The notes under the pieces are model-generated. The model was not told the origin of the DNA. It did no database searches and saw only the letters and a list, made by a program, of their open reading frames with translations. A stretch of 64,000 bases of DNA from Escherichia coli (GTDB taxonomy: Bacteria > Pseudomonadota > Gammaproteobacteria > Enterobacterales > Enterobacteriaceae). A program made the position numbers and the translations under genes. This document shows, in pieces, positions 12,096 to 21,462 of the stretch (position 1 is its first letter; the number at the start of each line of letters is the position of its first letter). The stretch is from NCBI RefSeq assembly GCF_022846255.1, contig NZ_AP025682.1; one strand, 5' to 3'.

Positions 12096-13121
12096 ATGTC
12101 GATGTACACAACCGCCCAGCTGCTGGCGGCAAATGAGCAGAAATTTAAGTTTGATCCGCTGTTTCTGCGCCTCTTTTTCCGTGAGAGCTATCCCTTCACC
12201 ACGGAGAAAGTCTATCTCTCACAAATTCCGGGACTGGTAAACATGGCGCTGTACGTTTCGCCGATTGTTTCCGGTGAGGTTATCCGCTCCCGTGGCGGCT
12301 CCACCTCTGAATTTACGCCGGGATATGTCAAGCCGAAGCATGAAGTGAATCCGCAGATGACCCTGCGTCGCCTGCCGGATGAAGATCCGCAGAATCTGGC
12401 GGATCCGGCTTACCGTCGCCGTCGCATCATCATGCAGAACATGCGTGACGAAGAGCTGGCCATTGCCCAGGTCGAAGAGATGCAGGCAGTTTCTGCCGTG
12501 CTTAAGGGCAAATACACCATGACCGGTGAAGCCTTCGATCCGGTTGAGGTGGATATGGGCCGCAGTGCGGCGAATAACATCACGCAGTCCGGCGGCACGG
12601 AGTGGAGCAAGCGTGACAAGTCCACGTATGACCCGACCGACGATATCGAAGCCTACGCGCTGAACGCCAGCGGTGTGGTGAATATCATCGTGTTCGATCC
12701 GAAAGGCTGGGCGCTGTTCCGTTCCTTCAAAGCCGTCAGGGAGAAGCTGGATACCCGTCGCGGCTCTCATTCCGAGCTGGAGACAGCGGTAAAAGACCTG
12801 GGCAAAGCGGTGTCCTATAAGGGAATGTATGGCGATGTGGCCATCGTCGTGTATTCCGGACAGTACGTGGAAAACGGCGTCAAAAAGAACTTCCTGCCGG
12901 ACAACACGATGGTGCTGGGGAACACTCAGGCTCGCGGTCTGCGCACCTATGGCTGTATTCAGGATGCGGATGCATTGAGTGAGGGTATTAATGCGTCTCC
13001 TCGTTATCCGAAAAACTGGAAGACATCCGGCGATCCGGCGCGTGAGTTCACCATGATTCAGTCAGCACCGCTAATGCTGCTGGCTGATCCTGATGAGTTC
13101 GTGTCCGTACAACTGGCGTAA
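12096..13121 (+). CDS. E: Major capsid protein gpE (341 aa)
   Basis: MSMYTTAQLLAANEQKFKFDPLFLRLFFRESYPF... lambda E; ORF-track start trimmed. Confidence 0.95.
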   Translation: MSMYTTAQLLAANEQKFKFDPLFLRLFFRESYPFTTEKVYLSQIPGLVNMALYVSPIVSGEVIRSRGGSTSEFTPGYVKPKHEVNPQMTLRRLPDEDPQNLADPAYRRRRIIMQNMRDEELAIAQVEEMQAVSAVLKGKYTMTGEAFDPVEVDMGRSAANNITQSGGTEWSKRDKSTYDPTDDIEAYALNASGVVNIIVFDPKGWALFRSFKAVREKLDTRRGSHSELETAVKDLGKAVSYKGMYGDVAIVVYSGQYVENGVKKNFLPDNTMVLGNTQARGLRTYGCIQDADALSEGINASPRYPKNWKTSGDPAREFTMIQSAPLMLLADPDEFVSVQLA

Positions 13122-13161
13122 TCATGGCCCTTCGGGGCCATTTCTCTCTGTGGAGGAGTCC

Positions 13162-13557
13162 ATGACGAAAGATGAACTGATTGCCCGTCTCCGCTCGCTG
13201 GGTGAACAACTGAACCGTGATGTCAGCCTGACGGGGACGAAAGAAGAACTGGTGCTCCGTGTGGCAGAGCTGGAAGAGGAGCTTGATGACACGGATGACG
13301 CTGCCGGTCAGGACACATCTGTCAGCCCGGAAAATGCGCTGACCGGACATGAAAATGAGGTGGTATCAGCGCAGCCGGATACCGTGACTGATACGGCTGA
13401 TCTGGTCACGGTTGTGGCACTGGTGACGCTGCATACTGATGCACTTCACGCCACGCGGGATGAACCTGTGGCATTTGTGCTGCCGGGAACGGCGTTTCGT
13501 GTCTCTGCCGGTGTGGCAGCCGAAATGACAGAGCGCGGCCTGGCCAGAATGCAATAA
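13162..13557 (+). CDS. FI: Head assembly/packaging protein gpFI (131 aa)
   Basis: MTKDELIARLRSLGEQLNRDVSLTGTKEEL... lambda FI; ORF-track start trimmed to ATG 13162. Confidence 0.85.
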   Translation: MTKDELIARLRSLGEQLNRDVSLTGTKEELVLRVAELEEELDDTDDAAGQDTSVSPENALTGHENEVVSAQPDTVTDTADLVTVVALVTLHTDALHATRDEPVAFVLPGTAFRVSAGVAAEMTERGLARMQ

Positions 13558-13568
13558 CGGGAGGCGCT

Positions 13569-13922
13569 GTGGCTGATTTCGATAACCTGTTCGATGCTGC
13601 CATTGCCCGCGCCGATGAAACGATACGCGGGTACATGGGAACGTCAGCCACCATGACATCCGGTGAGCAGTCCGGTGCTGTGATACGTGGTGTTTTTGAT
13701 GACCCTGAAAATATCAGCTATGCCGGACAGGGCGTGCGCGTTGAAGGCTCCAGCCCGTCCCTGTTTGTCCGGACTGATGATGTGCGGCAGCTGCGGCGCG
13801 GCGACACGCTGACCATCGGTGAGGAAAACTTCTGGATAGACCGGATTTCGCCGGATGATGGCGGAAGCTGTCATCTCTGGCTTGGGCGGGGCGTACCGCC
13901 TGCCGTTAACCGTCGCCGCTGA
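13569..13922 (+). CDS. FII: Head-tail connector gpFII (117 aa)
   Basis: MADFDNLFDAAIARADETIRGYMG... lambda FII; GTG start. Confidence 0.85.
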   Translation: MADFDNLFDAAIARADETIRGYMGTSATMTSGEQSGAVIRGVFDDPENISYAGQGVRVEGSSPSLFVRTDDVRQLRRGDTLTIGEENFWIDRISPDDGGSCHLWLGRGVPPAVNRRR

Positions 13923-13933
13923 AAGGGGGATGT

Positions 13934-14512
13934 ATGGCCATAAAAGGTCTTGAGCAGGCCGTTGAAAACCTCAGCCGTATCAGCAGAACGGCGGTGCCCG
14001 GTGCCGCCGCAATGGCCATTAACCGCGTTGCTTCATCCGCGATATCGCAGTCGGCGTCACAGGTTGCCCGTGAGACAAAGGTACGCCGGAAACTGGTAAA
14101 GGAAAGGGCCAGGCTGAAAAGGGCCACGGTCAAAAATCCGCAGGCCAGAATCAGGGTTAACCGGGGGGATTTGCCCGTAATAAAGCTGGGTAACGCGCGG
14201 ATTGTCCTGTCCCGACGCAGGCGTCGTAAAAAGGGGCAGCGTTCATCCCTGAAAGGTGGCGGCAGCGTGCTTGTGGTGGGTAACCGTCGTATTCCCGGCG
14301 CGTTTATTCAGCAACTGAAAAATGGCCGGTGGCATGTCATGCAGCGTGTGGCCGGGAAAAACCGTTACCCCATTGATGTAGTGAAAATCCCGATGGCGGT
14401 GCCGCTGACCACGGCGTTTAAACAAAATATTGAGCGGATACGGCGTGAACGTCTTCCGAAAGAGCTGGGCTATGCGCTGCAGCATCAACTGAGGATGGTA
14501 ATAAAGCGATGA
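13934..14512 (+). CDS. Z: Tail completion protein gpZ (192 aa)
   Basis: Sequence and length as lambda Z. Confidence 0.9.
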   Translation: MAIKGLEQAVENLSRISRTAVPGAAAMAINRVASSAISQSASQVARETKVRRKLVKERARLKRATVKNPQARIRVNRGDLPVIKLGNARIVLSRRRRRKKGQRSSLKGGGSVLVVGNRRIPGAFIQQLKNGRWHVMQRVAGKNRYPIDVVKIPMAVPLTTAFKQNIERIRRERLPKELGYALQHQLRMVIKR

Positions 14513-14904
14513 AACATACTGAACTCCGTGCAGCCGTACTGGATGCACTGGAGAAGCATGACACCGGGGCGACGTTTTTTGATGGTCGCCCCGCTGTTTT
14601 TGATGAGGCGGATTTTCCGGCAGTTGCCGTTTATCTCACCGGCGCTGAATACACGGGCGAAGAGCTGGACAGCGATACCTGGCAGGCGGAGCTGCATATC
14701 GAAGTTTTCCTGCCTGCTCAGGTGCCGGATTCAGAGCTGGATTCGTGGATGGAGTCCCGGATTTACCCGGTGATGAGCGATATCCCGGCACTGTCAGATT
14801 TGATCACCAGTATGGTGGCCAGCGGCTATGACTACCGGCGCGACGATGATGCGGGCCTGTGGAGTTCAGCCGATCTGACTTATGTCATTACCTATGAAAT
14901 GTGA
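14509..14904 (+). CDS. U: Tail terminator protein gpU (131 aa)
   Basis: Sequence and length as lambda U; start overlaps the Z stop. Confidence 0.9.
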   Translation: MKHTELRAAVLDALEKHDTGATFFDGRPAVFDEADFPAVAVYLTGAEYTGEELDSDTWQAELHIEVFLPAQVPDSELDSWMESRIYPVMSDIPALSDLITSMVASGYDYRRDDDAGLWSSADLTYVITYEM

Positions 14905-14911
14905 GGACGCT

Positions 14912-15652
14912 ATGCCTGTACCAAATCCTACAATGCCGGTGAAAGGTGCCGGGACCACCCTGTGGGTTTATAAGGGGAGCGGTGACCCTTATGCGAACCC
15001 GCTTTCAGACGTTGACTGGTCGCGTCTGGCAAAAGTTAAAGACCTGACGCCCGGCGAACTGACCGCTGAGTCCTATGACGACAGCTATCTCGATGATGAA
15101 GATGCAGACTGGACTGCGACCGGGCAGGGGCAGAAATCTGCCGGAGATACCAGCTTCACGCTGGCGTGGATGCCCGGAGAGCAGGGGCAGCAGGCGCTGC
15201 TGGCGTGGTTTAATGAAGGTGATATCCGTGCCTATAAAATCCGCTTCCCGAACGGCACGGTCGATGTGTTCCGTGGCTGGGTCAGCAGTATCGGTAAGGC
15301 GGTGACGGCGAAGGAAGTGATTACCCGCACGGTGAAGGTCACCAATGTGGGACGTCCGTCGATGGCAGAAGATCGCAGCACGGTGACGGCGACAACCGGC
15401 ATGACGGTGACACCCGCCAGTGCTTCCGTAGTGAAAGGGCAGAGCACCACGCTGACCGTGGCATTCCAGCCGGAGGGCGCAACCGACAAGAGCTTCCGTG
15501 CGGTGTCTGCGGATAAAACAAAAGCCACCGTGTCGGTCAGTGGTATGACCATCACCGTGAAAGGTGTTGCTGCAGGCAAGGTCAACATTCCGGTCGTATC
15601 CGGTAATGGTGAACTTGCTGCGGTTGCAGAAATCAACGTCACCGCCAGTTAA
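14912..15652 (+). CDS. V: Major tail tube protein gpV (246 aa)
   Basis: [31 protein letters not shown]... lambda V including the C-terminal Ig-like region; ORF-track start trimmed. Confidence 0.9.
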   Translation: MPVPNPTMPVKGAGTTLWVYKGSGDPYANPLSDVDWSRLAKVKDLTPGELTAESYDDSYLDDEDADWTATGQGQKSAGDTSFTLAWMPGEQGQQALLAWFNEGDIRAYKIRFPNGTVDVFRGWVSSIGKAVTAKEVITRTVKVTNVGRPSMAEDRSTVTATTGMTVTPASASVVKGQSTTLTVAFQPEGATDKSFRAVSADKTKATVSVSGMTITVKGVAAGKVNIPVVSGNGELAAVAEINVTAS

Positions 15653-15667
15653 TCCGGAGAGTCAGCG

Positions 15668-16090
15668 ATGTTCCTGAAAACCGAATCATTTGAACATAAC
15701 GGTGTGACCGTCACGCTTTCTGAACTGTCAGCCCTGCAGCGTATTGAGCATCTCGCCCTGATGAAACGGCAGGCAGAACAGGCGGAGTCAGACAGCAACC
15801 GGAAGTTTACTGTGGAAGACGCCATCAGAACCGGCGCGTTTCTGGTGGCGATGTCCCTGTGGCATAACCATCCGAAGAAGACAAAGCTGCCTTCCATGAA
15901 TGAAGCCGTTAAACAGATTGAGCGGGAAGTGCTTACCACCTGGCCCACAGAGGCAATTTCTCATGCTGAAAACGTGGTGTACCGGCTGTCCGGTATGTAT
16001 GAGTTTGTGGTGAATGATGCTCCTGAACAGGCAGAGGACGCCGGGCCTGCAGAGCCTGTTTCTGCGGGAAAGTGTTCGACGGTGAGCTGA
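15668..16090 (+). CDS. G: Tail assembly chaperone gpG (140 aa)
   Basis: MFLKTESFEHNGVTVTLSELSALQRIEHLAL... lambda G. Confidence 0.9.
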   Translation: MFLKTESFEHNGVTVTLSELSALQRIEHLALMKRQAEQAESDSNRKFTVEDAIRTGAFLVAMSLWHNHPKKTKLPSMNEAVKQIEREVLTTWPTEAISHAENVVYRLSGMYEFVVNDAPEQAEDAGPAEPVSAGKCSTVS

Positions 16091-16506
16091 GTTTTGCCCT
16101 GAAACTGGCGCGCGAGATGGGGCGACCCGACTGGCGTGCCATGCTTGCCGGGATGTCATCCACGGAGTATGCCGACTGGCACCGCTTTTACAGTACCCAT
16201 TATTTTCATGATGTTCTGCTGGATATGCACTTTTCCGGGCTGACGTACACCGTACTCAGCCTGTTTTTCAGCGATCCGGATATGCATCCGCTGGATTTCA
16301 GTCTGCTGAACCGGCGCGAGGCTGACGAAGAGCCTGAAGATGATGTGCTGATGCAGAAAGCGGCAGGGCTTGCCGGAGGTGTCCGCTTTGGCCCGGACGG
16401 GAATGAAGTTATCCCCGCTTCCCCGGATGTGGCGGACATGACGGAGGATGACGTAATGCTGATGACAGTATCAGAAGGGATCGCAGGAGGAGTCCGGTAT
16501 GGCTGA
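16066..16506 (+). CDS. T: gpT reading frame, expressed as a G-T fusion via programmed -1 frameshift at G GGA AAG (16066-16072)
   Basis: Slippery heptamer GGGAAAG near the G 3' end; the -1 frame continues to 16506 with lambda T sequence (ORF track 16072..16506). Confidence 0.85.
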   Translation, partial: GKVFDGELSFALKLAREMGRPDWRAMLAGMSSTEYADWHRFYSTHYFHDVLLDMHFSGLTYTVLSLFFSDPDMHPLDFSLLNRREADEEPEDDVLMQKAAGLAGGVRFGPDGNEVIPASPDVADMTEDDVMLMTVSEGIAGGVRYG

Positions 16507-19060
16507 ACCGGTAGGCGATCTGGTCGTTGATTTGAGTCTGGATGCGGCCAGATTTGACGAGCAGATGGCCAGAGTCAGGCGTCATTTTTCCGGTACGGAA
16601 AGTGATGCGAAAAAAACAGCGGCAGTCGTTGAACAGTCGCTGAGCCGACAGGCACTGGCTGCACAGAAAGCGGGGATTTCCGTCGGGCAGTATAAAGCTG
16701 CCATGCGTATGCTGCCTGCGCAGTTCACCGACGTGGCCACGCAGCTTGCAGGCGGGCAAAGTCCGTGGCTGATCCTGCTGCAACAGGGGGGGCAGGTGAA
16801 GGACTCCTTCGGCGGGATGATCCCCATGTTCAGGGGGCTTGCCGGTGCGATCACCCTGCCGATGGTCGGGGCCACCTCGCTGGCGGTGGCGACCGGTGCG
16901 CTGGCGTATGCCTGGTATCAGGGCAACTCAACCCTGTCCGATTTCAACAAAACGCTGGTCCTTTCCGGCAATCAGTCGGGTCTGACGGCAGATCGCATGC
17001 TGGTCCTGTCCAGAGCCGGGCAGGCGGCAGGGCTGACGTTTAACCAGACCAGCGAGTCACTCAGCGCACTGGTTAAGGCGGGAGTAAGCGGTGAGGCTCA
17101 GATTGCATCCATCAGCCAGAGTGTGGCGCGTTTCTCCTCTGCATCCGGCGTGGAGGTGGACAAGGTCGCTGAAGCCTTCGGGAAGCTGACCACAGACCCG
17201 ACGTCAGGGCTGACAGCGATGGCACGCCAGTTCCATAACGTGACGACGGAGCAGATTGCGTATGTTGCTCAGTTGCAGCGTTCCGGCGATGAAGCCGGGG
17301 CATTGCAGGCGGCGAACGAGGCCGCGACGAAAGGGTTTGATGACCAGACCCGCCGCCTGAAAGAGAACATGGGTACGCTGGAGACCTGGGCAGACAGGAC
17401 AGCGCGGGCATTCAAATCCATGTGGGATGCGGTGCTGGATATTGGTCGTCCTGATACCGCGCAGGAGATGCTGATTAAGGCAGAGGCTGCGTTTAAGAAA
17501 GCGGACGACATCTGGAGTCTGCGCAAGGATGATTATTTTGTTAACGATGAAGCGCGGGCGCGTTACTGGGATGATCGTGAAAAGGCCCGTCTTGCGCTTG
17601 AAGCCGCGAGAAAGAAGGCTGAGCAGCAGAGTCAACAGGACAAAAATGCGCAGCAGCAGAGCGATACTGAAGCGTCACGGCTGAAATATACCGAAGAGGC
17701 GCAGAAGGCTTACGAACGGCTGCAGACGCCGCTGGAGAAATATACCGCCCGTCAGGAAGAACTGAACAAGGCACTGAAGGACGGGAAAATTCTGCAGGCA
17801 GATTACAACACGCTGATGGCGGCGGCGAAAAAGGACTATGAAGCGACGCTGAAAAAGCCGAAACAGTCCGGCGTGAAGGTGTCTGCGGGCGATCGTCAGG
17901 AAGACAGTGCTCATGCTGCCCTGCTGACGCTTCAGGCTGAACTCCGGACGCTGGAGAAGCATGCCGGAGCAAATGAGAAAATCAGCCAGCAGCGCCGGGA
18001 TTTGTGGAAGGCGGAGAGTCAGTTCGCGGTACTGGAGGAGGCGGCGCAACGTCGCCAGCTGTCTGTACAGGAGAAATCCCTGCTGGCGCATAAAGATGAG
18101 ACGCTGGAGTACAAACGCCAGCTGGCTGCACTTGGCGACAAGGTTACGTATCAGGAGCGCCTGAACGCGCTGGCGCAGCAGGCGGATAAATTCGCACAGC
18201 AACAACGGGCAAAACGGGCAGCCATTGAGGCGAAAAACCGGGGGCTGACTGACCGGCAGGCAGCGCGGGACGCCACGGAACAGCGCCTGAAGGAACAGTA
18301 TGGCGATAATCCTCTGGCGCTGAATAACGTCATGTCAGAGCAGAAAAAGACCTGGGCGGCTGAAGACCTGCTTCGCGGGAACTGGATGGCAGGCCTCAGG
18401 TCCGGCTGGAGCGAGTGGAAAGAGAGTGCCACGGACAGTATGTCGCAGGTTAAAAGTGCTGCCACGCAGACCTTTGATGGTATTGCGCATAATATGGCGG
18501 CGATGCTGACCGGCAGTGAGCAGAACTGGCGAAGCTTCACCCGTTCCGTGCTGTCCATGATGACAGAAATTCTGCTTAAGCAGGCAATGGTGGGGATTGT
18601 CGGGAGTATCGGCAGCGCCATTGGCGGGGCTGTTGGTGGCGGCGCATCCGCGTCAGGCGGTACAGCCATTCAGGCCGCTGCGGCGAAATTCCATTTTGCA
18701 ACCGGAGGATTTACGGGAACCGGCGGCAAATATGAGCCAGCGGGGATTGTTCACCGTGGTGAGTTTGTCTTCACGAAGGAGGCAACCAGCCGGATTGGTG
18801 TCGGCAACCTGTACCGCCTAATGCGGGGCTATGCGGAAGGTGGTTATGTGGGCGGTGCCGGAAGTCCGGCGCAGATGCGGCGGGCTGAAGGCATTAATTT
18901 TAATCAGAACAATCACGTGGTGATTCAGAACGACGGTACGAATGGTCTGCCAGGTCCACAGATGATGAAGGCAGTGTATGACATGGCCCGCAAGGGTGCC
19001 CGTGATGAAATTCAGACACAGATGCGTGATGGTGGCCTGTTCTCCGGAGGTGGACGATGA
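16499..19060 (+). CDS. H: Tail tape measure protein gpH (853 aa)
   Basis: MAEPVGDLVVDLSLDAARFDEQMARVRRHF...; 853 aa as lambda H; a variant segment near the C-terminus. Confidence 0.95.
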   Translation: MAEPVGDLVVDLSLDAARFDEQMARVRRHFSGTESDAKKTAAVVEQSLSRQALAAQKAGISVGQYKAAMRMLPAQFTDVATQLAGGQSPWLILLQQGGQVKDSFGGMIPMFRGLAGAITLPMVGATSLAVATGALAYAWYQGNSTLSDFNKTLVLSGNQSGLTADRMLVLSRAGQAAGLTFNQTSESLSALVKAGVSGEAQIASISQSVARFSSASGVEVDKVAEAFGKLTTDPTSGLTAMARQFHNVTTEQIAYVAQLQRSGDEAGALQAANEAATKGFDDQTRRLKENMGTLETWADRTARAFKSMWDAVLDIGRPDTAQEMLIKAEAAFKKADDIWSLRKDDYFVNDEARARYWDDREKARLALEAARKKAEQQSQQDKNAQQQSDTEASRLKYTEEAQKAYERLQTPLEKYTARQEELNKALKDGKILQADYNTLMAAAKKDYEATLKKPKQSGVKVSAGDRQEDSAHAALLTLQAELRTLEKHAGANEKISQQRRDLWKAESQFAVLEEAAQRRQLSVQEKSLLAHKDETLEYKRQLAALGDKVTYQERLNALAQQADKFAQQQRAKRAAIEAKNRGLTDRQAARDATEQRLKEQYGDNPLALNNVMSEQKKTWAAEDLLRGNWMAGLRSGWSEWKESATDSMSQVKSAATQTFDGIAHNMAAMLTGSEQNWRSFTRSVLSMMTEILLKQAMVGIVGSIGSAIGGAVGGGASASGGTAIQAAAAKFHFATGGFTGTGGKYEPAGIVHRGEFVFTKEATSRIGVGNLYRLMRGYAEGGYVGGAGSPAQMRRAEGINFNQNNHVVIQNDGTNGLPGPQMMKAVYDMARKGARDEIQTQMRDGGLFSGGGR

Positions 19061-19386
19061 AAACCTTCCGCTGGAAAGTGAAACCCGGTATGGATGTGGC
19101 TTCGGCCCCTTCTGTAAGAAAGGTGCGCTTTGGTGATGGCTATTCCCAGCGAGCGCCTGCCGGGCTGAATGCCAACCTGAAAACGTACAGCGTGACGCTT
19201 TCTGTCCCCCGTTGGGAGCCCACGGCGCTGGAGTCGTTTCTGGCTGAGCACGGGGGCTGGAAATCCTTTCTGTGGACGCCGCCTTATGAGTGGCGGCAGA
19301 TAAAGGTGACCTGCGCAAAATGGTCGTCGCGGGTCAGTATGCTGCGTGTTGAGTTCAGCGCAGAGTTTGAACAGGTGGTGAACTGA
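19057..19386 (+). CDS. M: Tail tip protein gpM (109 aa)
   Basis: Sequence as lambda M; synteny. Confidence 0.9.
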   Translation: MKTFRWKVKPGMDVASAPSVRKVRFGDGYSQRAPAGLNANLKTYSVTLSVPRWEPTALESFLAEHGGWKSFLWTPPYEWRQIKVTCAKWSSRVSMLRVEFSAEFEQVVN

Positions 19387-20084
19387 TGCAGGATATCCGG
19401 CAGGAAACATTGAATGAATGCACCCGTGCGGAGCAGTCGGCCAGCGTGGTGCTCTGGGAAATCGATCTGACAGAGGTCGGTGGAGAACGTTATTTTTTCT
19501 GTAATGAGCAGAACGAAAAAGGTGAGCCGGTCACCTGGCAGGGGCGACAGTATCAGCCGTATCCCATTCAGGGGAGTAGTTTTGAACTGAATGGCAAAGG
19601 CACCAGTACGCGCCCCACGCTGACGGTTTCTAACCTGTACGGTATGGTCACCGGGATGGTGGAAGATCTGCAGAGTCTGGTCGGCGGAACGGTGGTCAGG
19701 CGTAAGGTTTACGCCCGTTTTCTGGATGCGGTGAACTTCGTCAACGGAAACAGCGACGCCGATCCGGAGCAGGAGGTGATCAGCCGCTGGCGCATCGAGC
19801 AGTGCAGCGAACTGAGTGCGGTCAGTGCCTCCTTTGTACTGTCCACACCGACGGAAACGGATGGTGCCGTTTTTCCGGGGCGCATCATGCTGGCCAACAC
19901 CTGCACCTGGACCTATCGCGGCGATGAGTGCGGTTATCACGGTCCGGCGGTCGCGGATGAATATGACCAGCCAACGTCCGATATCACGAAGGATAAATGC
20001 AGCAAATGCCTGAGCGGTTGTAAGTTCCGCAATAACGTCGGCAACTTTGGCGGCTTCCTTTCCATTAACAAACTTTCGCAGTAA
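19386..20084 (+). CDS. L: Tail tip protein gpL (232 aa)
   Basis: Sequence as lambda L; synteny. Confidence 0.9.
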   Translation: MQDIRQETLNECTRAEQSASVVLWEIDLTEVGGERYFFCNEQNEKGEPVTWQGRQYQPYPIQGSSFELNGKGTSTRPTLTVSNLYGMVTGMVEDLQSLVGGTVVRRKVYARFLDAVNFVNGNSDADPEQEVISRWRIEQCSELSAVSASFVLSTPTETDGAVFPGRIMLANTCTWTYRGDECGYHGPAVADEYDQPTSDITKDKCSKCLSGCKFRNNVGNFGGFLSINKLSQ

Positions 20085-20089
20085 ATCCC

Positions 20090-20833
20090 ATGACACAGGC
20101 AGAATCAGCGATTCTGGCGCACGCCCGGCGATGTGCGCCAGCGGAGTCGTGCGGCTTCGTGGTAAGCACGCCGGAGGGGGAAAGATATTTCCCCTGCGTG
20201 AATATCTCCGGTGAGCCGGAGGCGTATTTCCGTATGTCGCCGGAAGACTGGCTGCAGGCAGAAATGCAGGGTGAGATTGTGGCGCTGGTCCACAGCCACC
20301 CCGGTGGTCTGCCCTGGCTGAGTGAGGCCGACCGGCGGCTGCAGGTGCAGAGTGATTTGCCGTGGTTGCTGGTCTGCCGGGGGGCGATTCATAAGTTCCG
20401 CTGTGTGCCGCATCTCACCGGGCGGCGCTTTGAGCACGGGGTGACGGACTGTTACACGCTGTTCCGGGATGCTTATCATCTGGCGGGGATTGAGATGCCG
20501 GATTTTCATCGTGAGGATGACTGGTGGCGTCACGGTCAGAATCTCTATCTGGATAATCTGGAGGCAACGGGGCTGTATCAGGTGCCGTTGTCAGCGGCGC
20601 AGCCGGGCGATGTGCTGCTGTGCTGTTTTGGTTCATCGGTGCCGAATCATGCCGCTATTTACTGCGGCGACGGCGAGCTGCTGCACCATATTCCTGAACA
20701 ACTGAGCAAACGAGAGAGGTATACCGACAAATGGCAGCGACGCACACACTCCCTCTGGCGTCACCGGGCATGGCGCGCATCTGCCTTTACGGGGATTTAC
20801 AACGATTTGGCCGCCGCATCGACCTTCGTGTGA
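20090..20833 (+). CDS. K: Tail tip assembly protein gpK (MPN/JAB plus NlpC/P60-like; 247-aa ORF, lambda-annotated start would be ATG 20234)
   Basis: C-terminal 199 aa match lambda K as recalled (MSPEDWLQAEMQGEIVALVHSHPGG...); the ORF extends upstream to ATG 20090 directly after L. Confidence 0.85.
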   Translation: MTQAESAILAHARRCAPAESCGFVVSTPEGERYFPCVNISGEPEAYFRMSPEDWLQAEMQGEIVALVHSHPGGLPWLSEADRRLQVQSDLPWLLVCRGAIHKFRCVPHLTGRRFEHGVTDCYTLFRDAYHLAGIEMPDFHREDDWWRHGQNLYLDNLEATGLYQVPLSAAQPGDVLLCCFGSSVPNHAAIYCGDGELLHHIPEQLSKRERYTDKWQRRTHSLWRHRAWRASAFTGIYNDLAAASTFV

Positions 20834-21402
20834 AAACGGGGGCTGAAGCCATTCGGGCGCTGGCCACACAGCTCCCGGCGTTTCGTCAGAAACTGAGCGA
20901 CGGCTGGTATCAGGTACGGATTTCCGGGCGGGACGTCAGCACGTCCGGATTGACGGCGCAGTTACATGAGGTTCTGCCTGACGGCGCTGTGATTCATATT
21001 GTTCCCAGAGTCGCCGGGGCCAAGTCAGGGGGCGTATTCCAGATTGTTCTGGGGGCTGCCGCCATTGCCGGATCATTCTTTACTGCCGGAGCCACCCTTG
21101 CAGCATGGGGGGCAGCCATTGGGGCCGGTGGTATGACCGGTATCCTGTTTTCTCTCGGTGCCAGTATGGTACTTGGTGGTGTGGCGCAGATGCTGGCACC
21201 GAAAGCCAGGACGCCCACGGCAGCCAGTACAGATAACGGCAAACAGAACACGTATTTCTCGTCACTGGATAACATGGTTGCCCAGGGCAATGTTCTGCCT
21301 GTTCTGTACGGGGAAATGCGCGTGGGGTCACGCGTGGTTTCTCAGGAGATCAGCACGGCAGACGAAGGGGACGGTGGTCAGGTTGTGGTGATTGGTCGCT
21401 GA
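20731..21402 (+). CDS. I: Tail tip assembly protein gpI (223 aa)
   Basis: MAATHTLPLASPGMARICLYGDLQRFGRR... lambda I; overlaps the K 3' end. Confidence 0.9.
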   Translation: MAATHTLPLASPGMARICLYGDLQRFGRRIDLRVKTGAEAIRALATQLPAFRQKLSDGWYQVRISGRDVSTSGLTAQLHEVLPDGAVIHIVPRVAGAKSGGVFQIVLGAAAIAGSFFTAGATLAAWGAAIGAGGMTGILFSLGASMVLGGVAQMLAPKARTPTAASTDNGKQNTYFSSLDNMVAQGNVLPVLYGEMRVGSRVVSQEISTADEGDGGQVVVIGR

Positions 21403-21462
21403 TGCAAAATGTTTTATGTGAAACCGCCTCCGGGCGGTTTTGTCGTTTATGGAGCATGACGA

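Noticed and set aside
17112..18669. Several minus-strand ORFs of 99-176 aa
   Set aside because: All are antisense to the tape-measure gene H, with biased Arg/Leu/Pro composition; H is near-identical to lambda gpH.
19284..20096. 270-aa minus-strand ORF
   Set aside because: Antisense to the tail genes M and L; no support.
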